64,000 nt of DNA. Source: an uncultured Actinomycetota bacterium (lineage in GTDB: Bacteria > Actinomycetota > Actinomycetes > Propionibacteriales > Nocardioidaceae). The stretch is taken from positions 307,930 through 371,929 of the forward strand of contig CAWCQB010000039.1 in NCBI GenBank assembly GCA_963797505.1. Direction: 5' to 3'. A program made the translations under genes and the position numbers. The notes beneath the pieces are model-generated. The model had not been told where the DNA came from, did no database searches, and was given only the letters and a program-made list of their open reading frames with translations. Every line of letters starts with the position of its first letter. Position 1 is the first letter of the stretch. Of the stretch, positions 62,761-64,000 are shown piece by piece.

Positions 62761-63786
62761 TCAGGGAGCCGCGAACCCGCAGTCGGCCTTGCGGCCGTGG
62801 CCGAGCCCCGGCCACTCGAACCGGTTCACCCCCGCGGTCAGGGGCTTGCGGGACTTCACGTAGGGGCGGGCGCCGGACTCGCTGACGACGTACAACCTCT
62901 TGCCGGCAGGCCCGAACTGGATGCCCTCGGCGCCGGGCACGAACCCGAGCCGGCGACCACCGGGCGTGATCAGCTCACCGCAGGCGAGCGACGAGCGCGC
63001 CAGGTAGAGCCCCCCGGCACCGTCGAGCGTCGCGCCCTGGACGAGGGTGGGCACCCGGGTGCGCGCCACCGCGCCGACCTGGGCGGTCCCCTTGGCCTGC
63101 GCGCCGAGGTCGAGGACACCCGGCTTCTGCAGCTGCTTGAACCGGAACCAGTAGATGGAGGGTCGACCCTTCGTCACGAAGGGCACCAGGCCGATGCGCT
63201 TCTTCGTCGCCACGATGGCCGAGCCGCGAGCCGGAGCCTTGATGCGCCACACCCGGCGCGCGTTCAGGACGTTGCCCCTGCTCGACGGGTCGACCTGCCA
63301 GAGCTTGTTCTTCTCCACGATCCACAGGTAGGCGCCGCGCTGGAGGATGCCGCCGCCGTGCCGGCAGTAGGTGCGCGGGCGCTGGCCGACCCGTCCGTAG
63401 ATGGCGGCGTGGAAGGCCAGCTGCTGTCCCGTGACGAGATTGATGCGGCGCAGCTGGCAGGGCCGCTCGCCGTAGCCCGGGCGGTAGCGGAAGCCGCTGA
63501 CCCAGGCGGTGCTGCCGGTGACGGCGAGACCTTGCGGCACCAGGTAGCGACGCGGGGTGGGGAGCCACAGCCCGCCGCACAGGCGCTTGTGGTTGCGGAA
63601 GTCGGCGAGCGTCTTGTGGGTGTACGTCGGATCCGTGCCCCGCACGGCGTCGCGATCGATCCCGTGGCACTCGAACCGCGCCTTCCTGGCATGACCGTCG
63701 ACGGACGTGGCGTCGGCAGCGACCGCGCCCCCGCTCAGCGCGAGGAGGAGCACGATCGGGACCACCCGGAGAGCACGCGTCAGCAT
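62761..63786 (-). CDS. Secreted basic hypothetical protein, probable beta-propeller
   Basis: Signal peptide ending AVA; VPQGLAV, RHGGG, VQGAT, AEGIQF, VVSESG; TAGCGT-N7-ATG. Confidence 0.7.
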   Translation of the reverse strand: MLTRALRVVPIVLLLALSGGAVAADATSVDGHARKARFECHGIDRDAVRGTDPTYTHKTLADFRNHKRLCGGLWLPTPRRYLVPQGLAVTGSTAWVSGFRYRPGYGERPCQLRRINLVTGQQLAFHAAIYGRVGQRPRTYCRHGGGILQRGAYLWIVEKNKLWQVDPSSRGNVLNARRVWRIKAPARGSAIVATKKRIGLVPFVTKGRPSIYWFRFKQLQKPGVLDLGAQAKGTAQVGAVARTRVPTLVQGATLDGAGGLYLARSSLACGELITPGGRRLGFVPGAEGIQFGPAGKRLYVVSESGARPYVKSRKPLTAGVNRFEWPGLGHGRKADCGFAAP

Positions 63787-63863
63787 CGTGATCACGCTAG
63801 CCGCGGAGCCCCTCCCGGAGTCGGAGCCGCGCGGTACGGGAGCAGACGTGTGTCTGCGGTCGG

Positions 63864-64000
63864 TCAGCCGCCGTACGGCGAGGGCGTCCCGAACGGGTAG
63901 GCGATGGGTGCCGCGTCGCCCTTGTGCACGGCGCAGTAGGCGTCGCGCGCAGTCGTCGTGGTCAGCGGCGGCGTGTAGGCCTGCGACAGCAGGATCGAGT
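63864..64000 (-). CDS. 3' end of a hypothetical protein (starts beyond the window)
   Basis: Open frame ...SILLSQAYTPPLTTTTARDAYCAVHKGDAAPIAYPFGTPSPYGG* with GC3-rich codons. Confidence 0.55.
   Translation of the reverse strand, partial: SILLSQAYTPPLTTTTARDAYCAVHKGDAAPIAYPFGTPSPYGG

Overview
High-GC actinobacterial chromosome segment; gene content and order resemble Nocardioidaceae (inference). About 65 CDS can be reconstructed. Roughly a third contain single-base frameshifts that look like long-read consensus errors, not true pseudogenes. A conserved actinobacterial backbone (MarR-MFS, NCS2, DUF2530, DUF3027, cold-shock protein, XPB helicase pair, serA, dapD/dapC/fdxA, mshB) is interleaved with accessory genes. 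The most unusual locus is 9.38-12.74 kb. It contains a mosaic tandem array of REP-like hairpin repeats with tandem G.A pairs and GNA/GNNA loops, and an IS30 element. It also contains a DUF222/HNH endonuclease gene preceded by a perfect PafBC-type DNA-damage promoter and a DnaA box. An inverted ~110-bp copy of the repeat unit closes the locus. Other notable items: an apparent HAD-phosphatase/LarE fusion, a LacI-controlled GH130/AGE-epimerase/ABC sugar locus with an uncharacterised secreted protein, two KstR-type operators, an ECF sigma factor followed by two paralogous Cys-x7-Cys membrane proteins, and two small ORFs missed by the ORF track. No rRNA, tRNA or CRISPR array was found.
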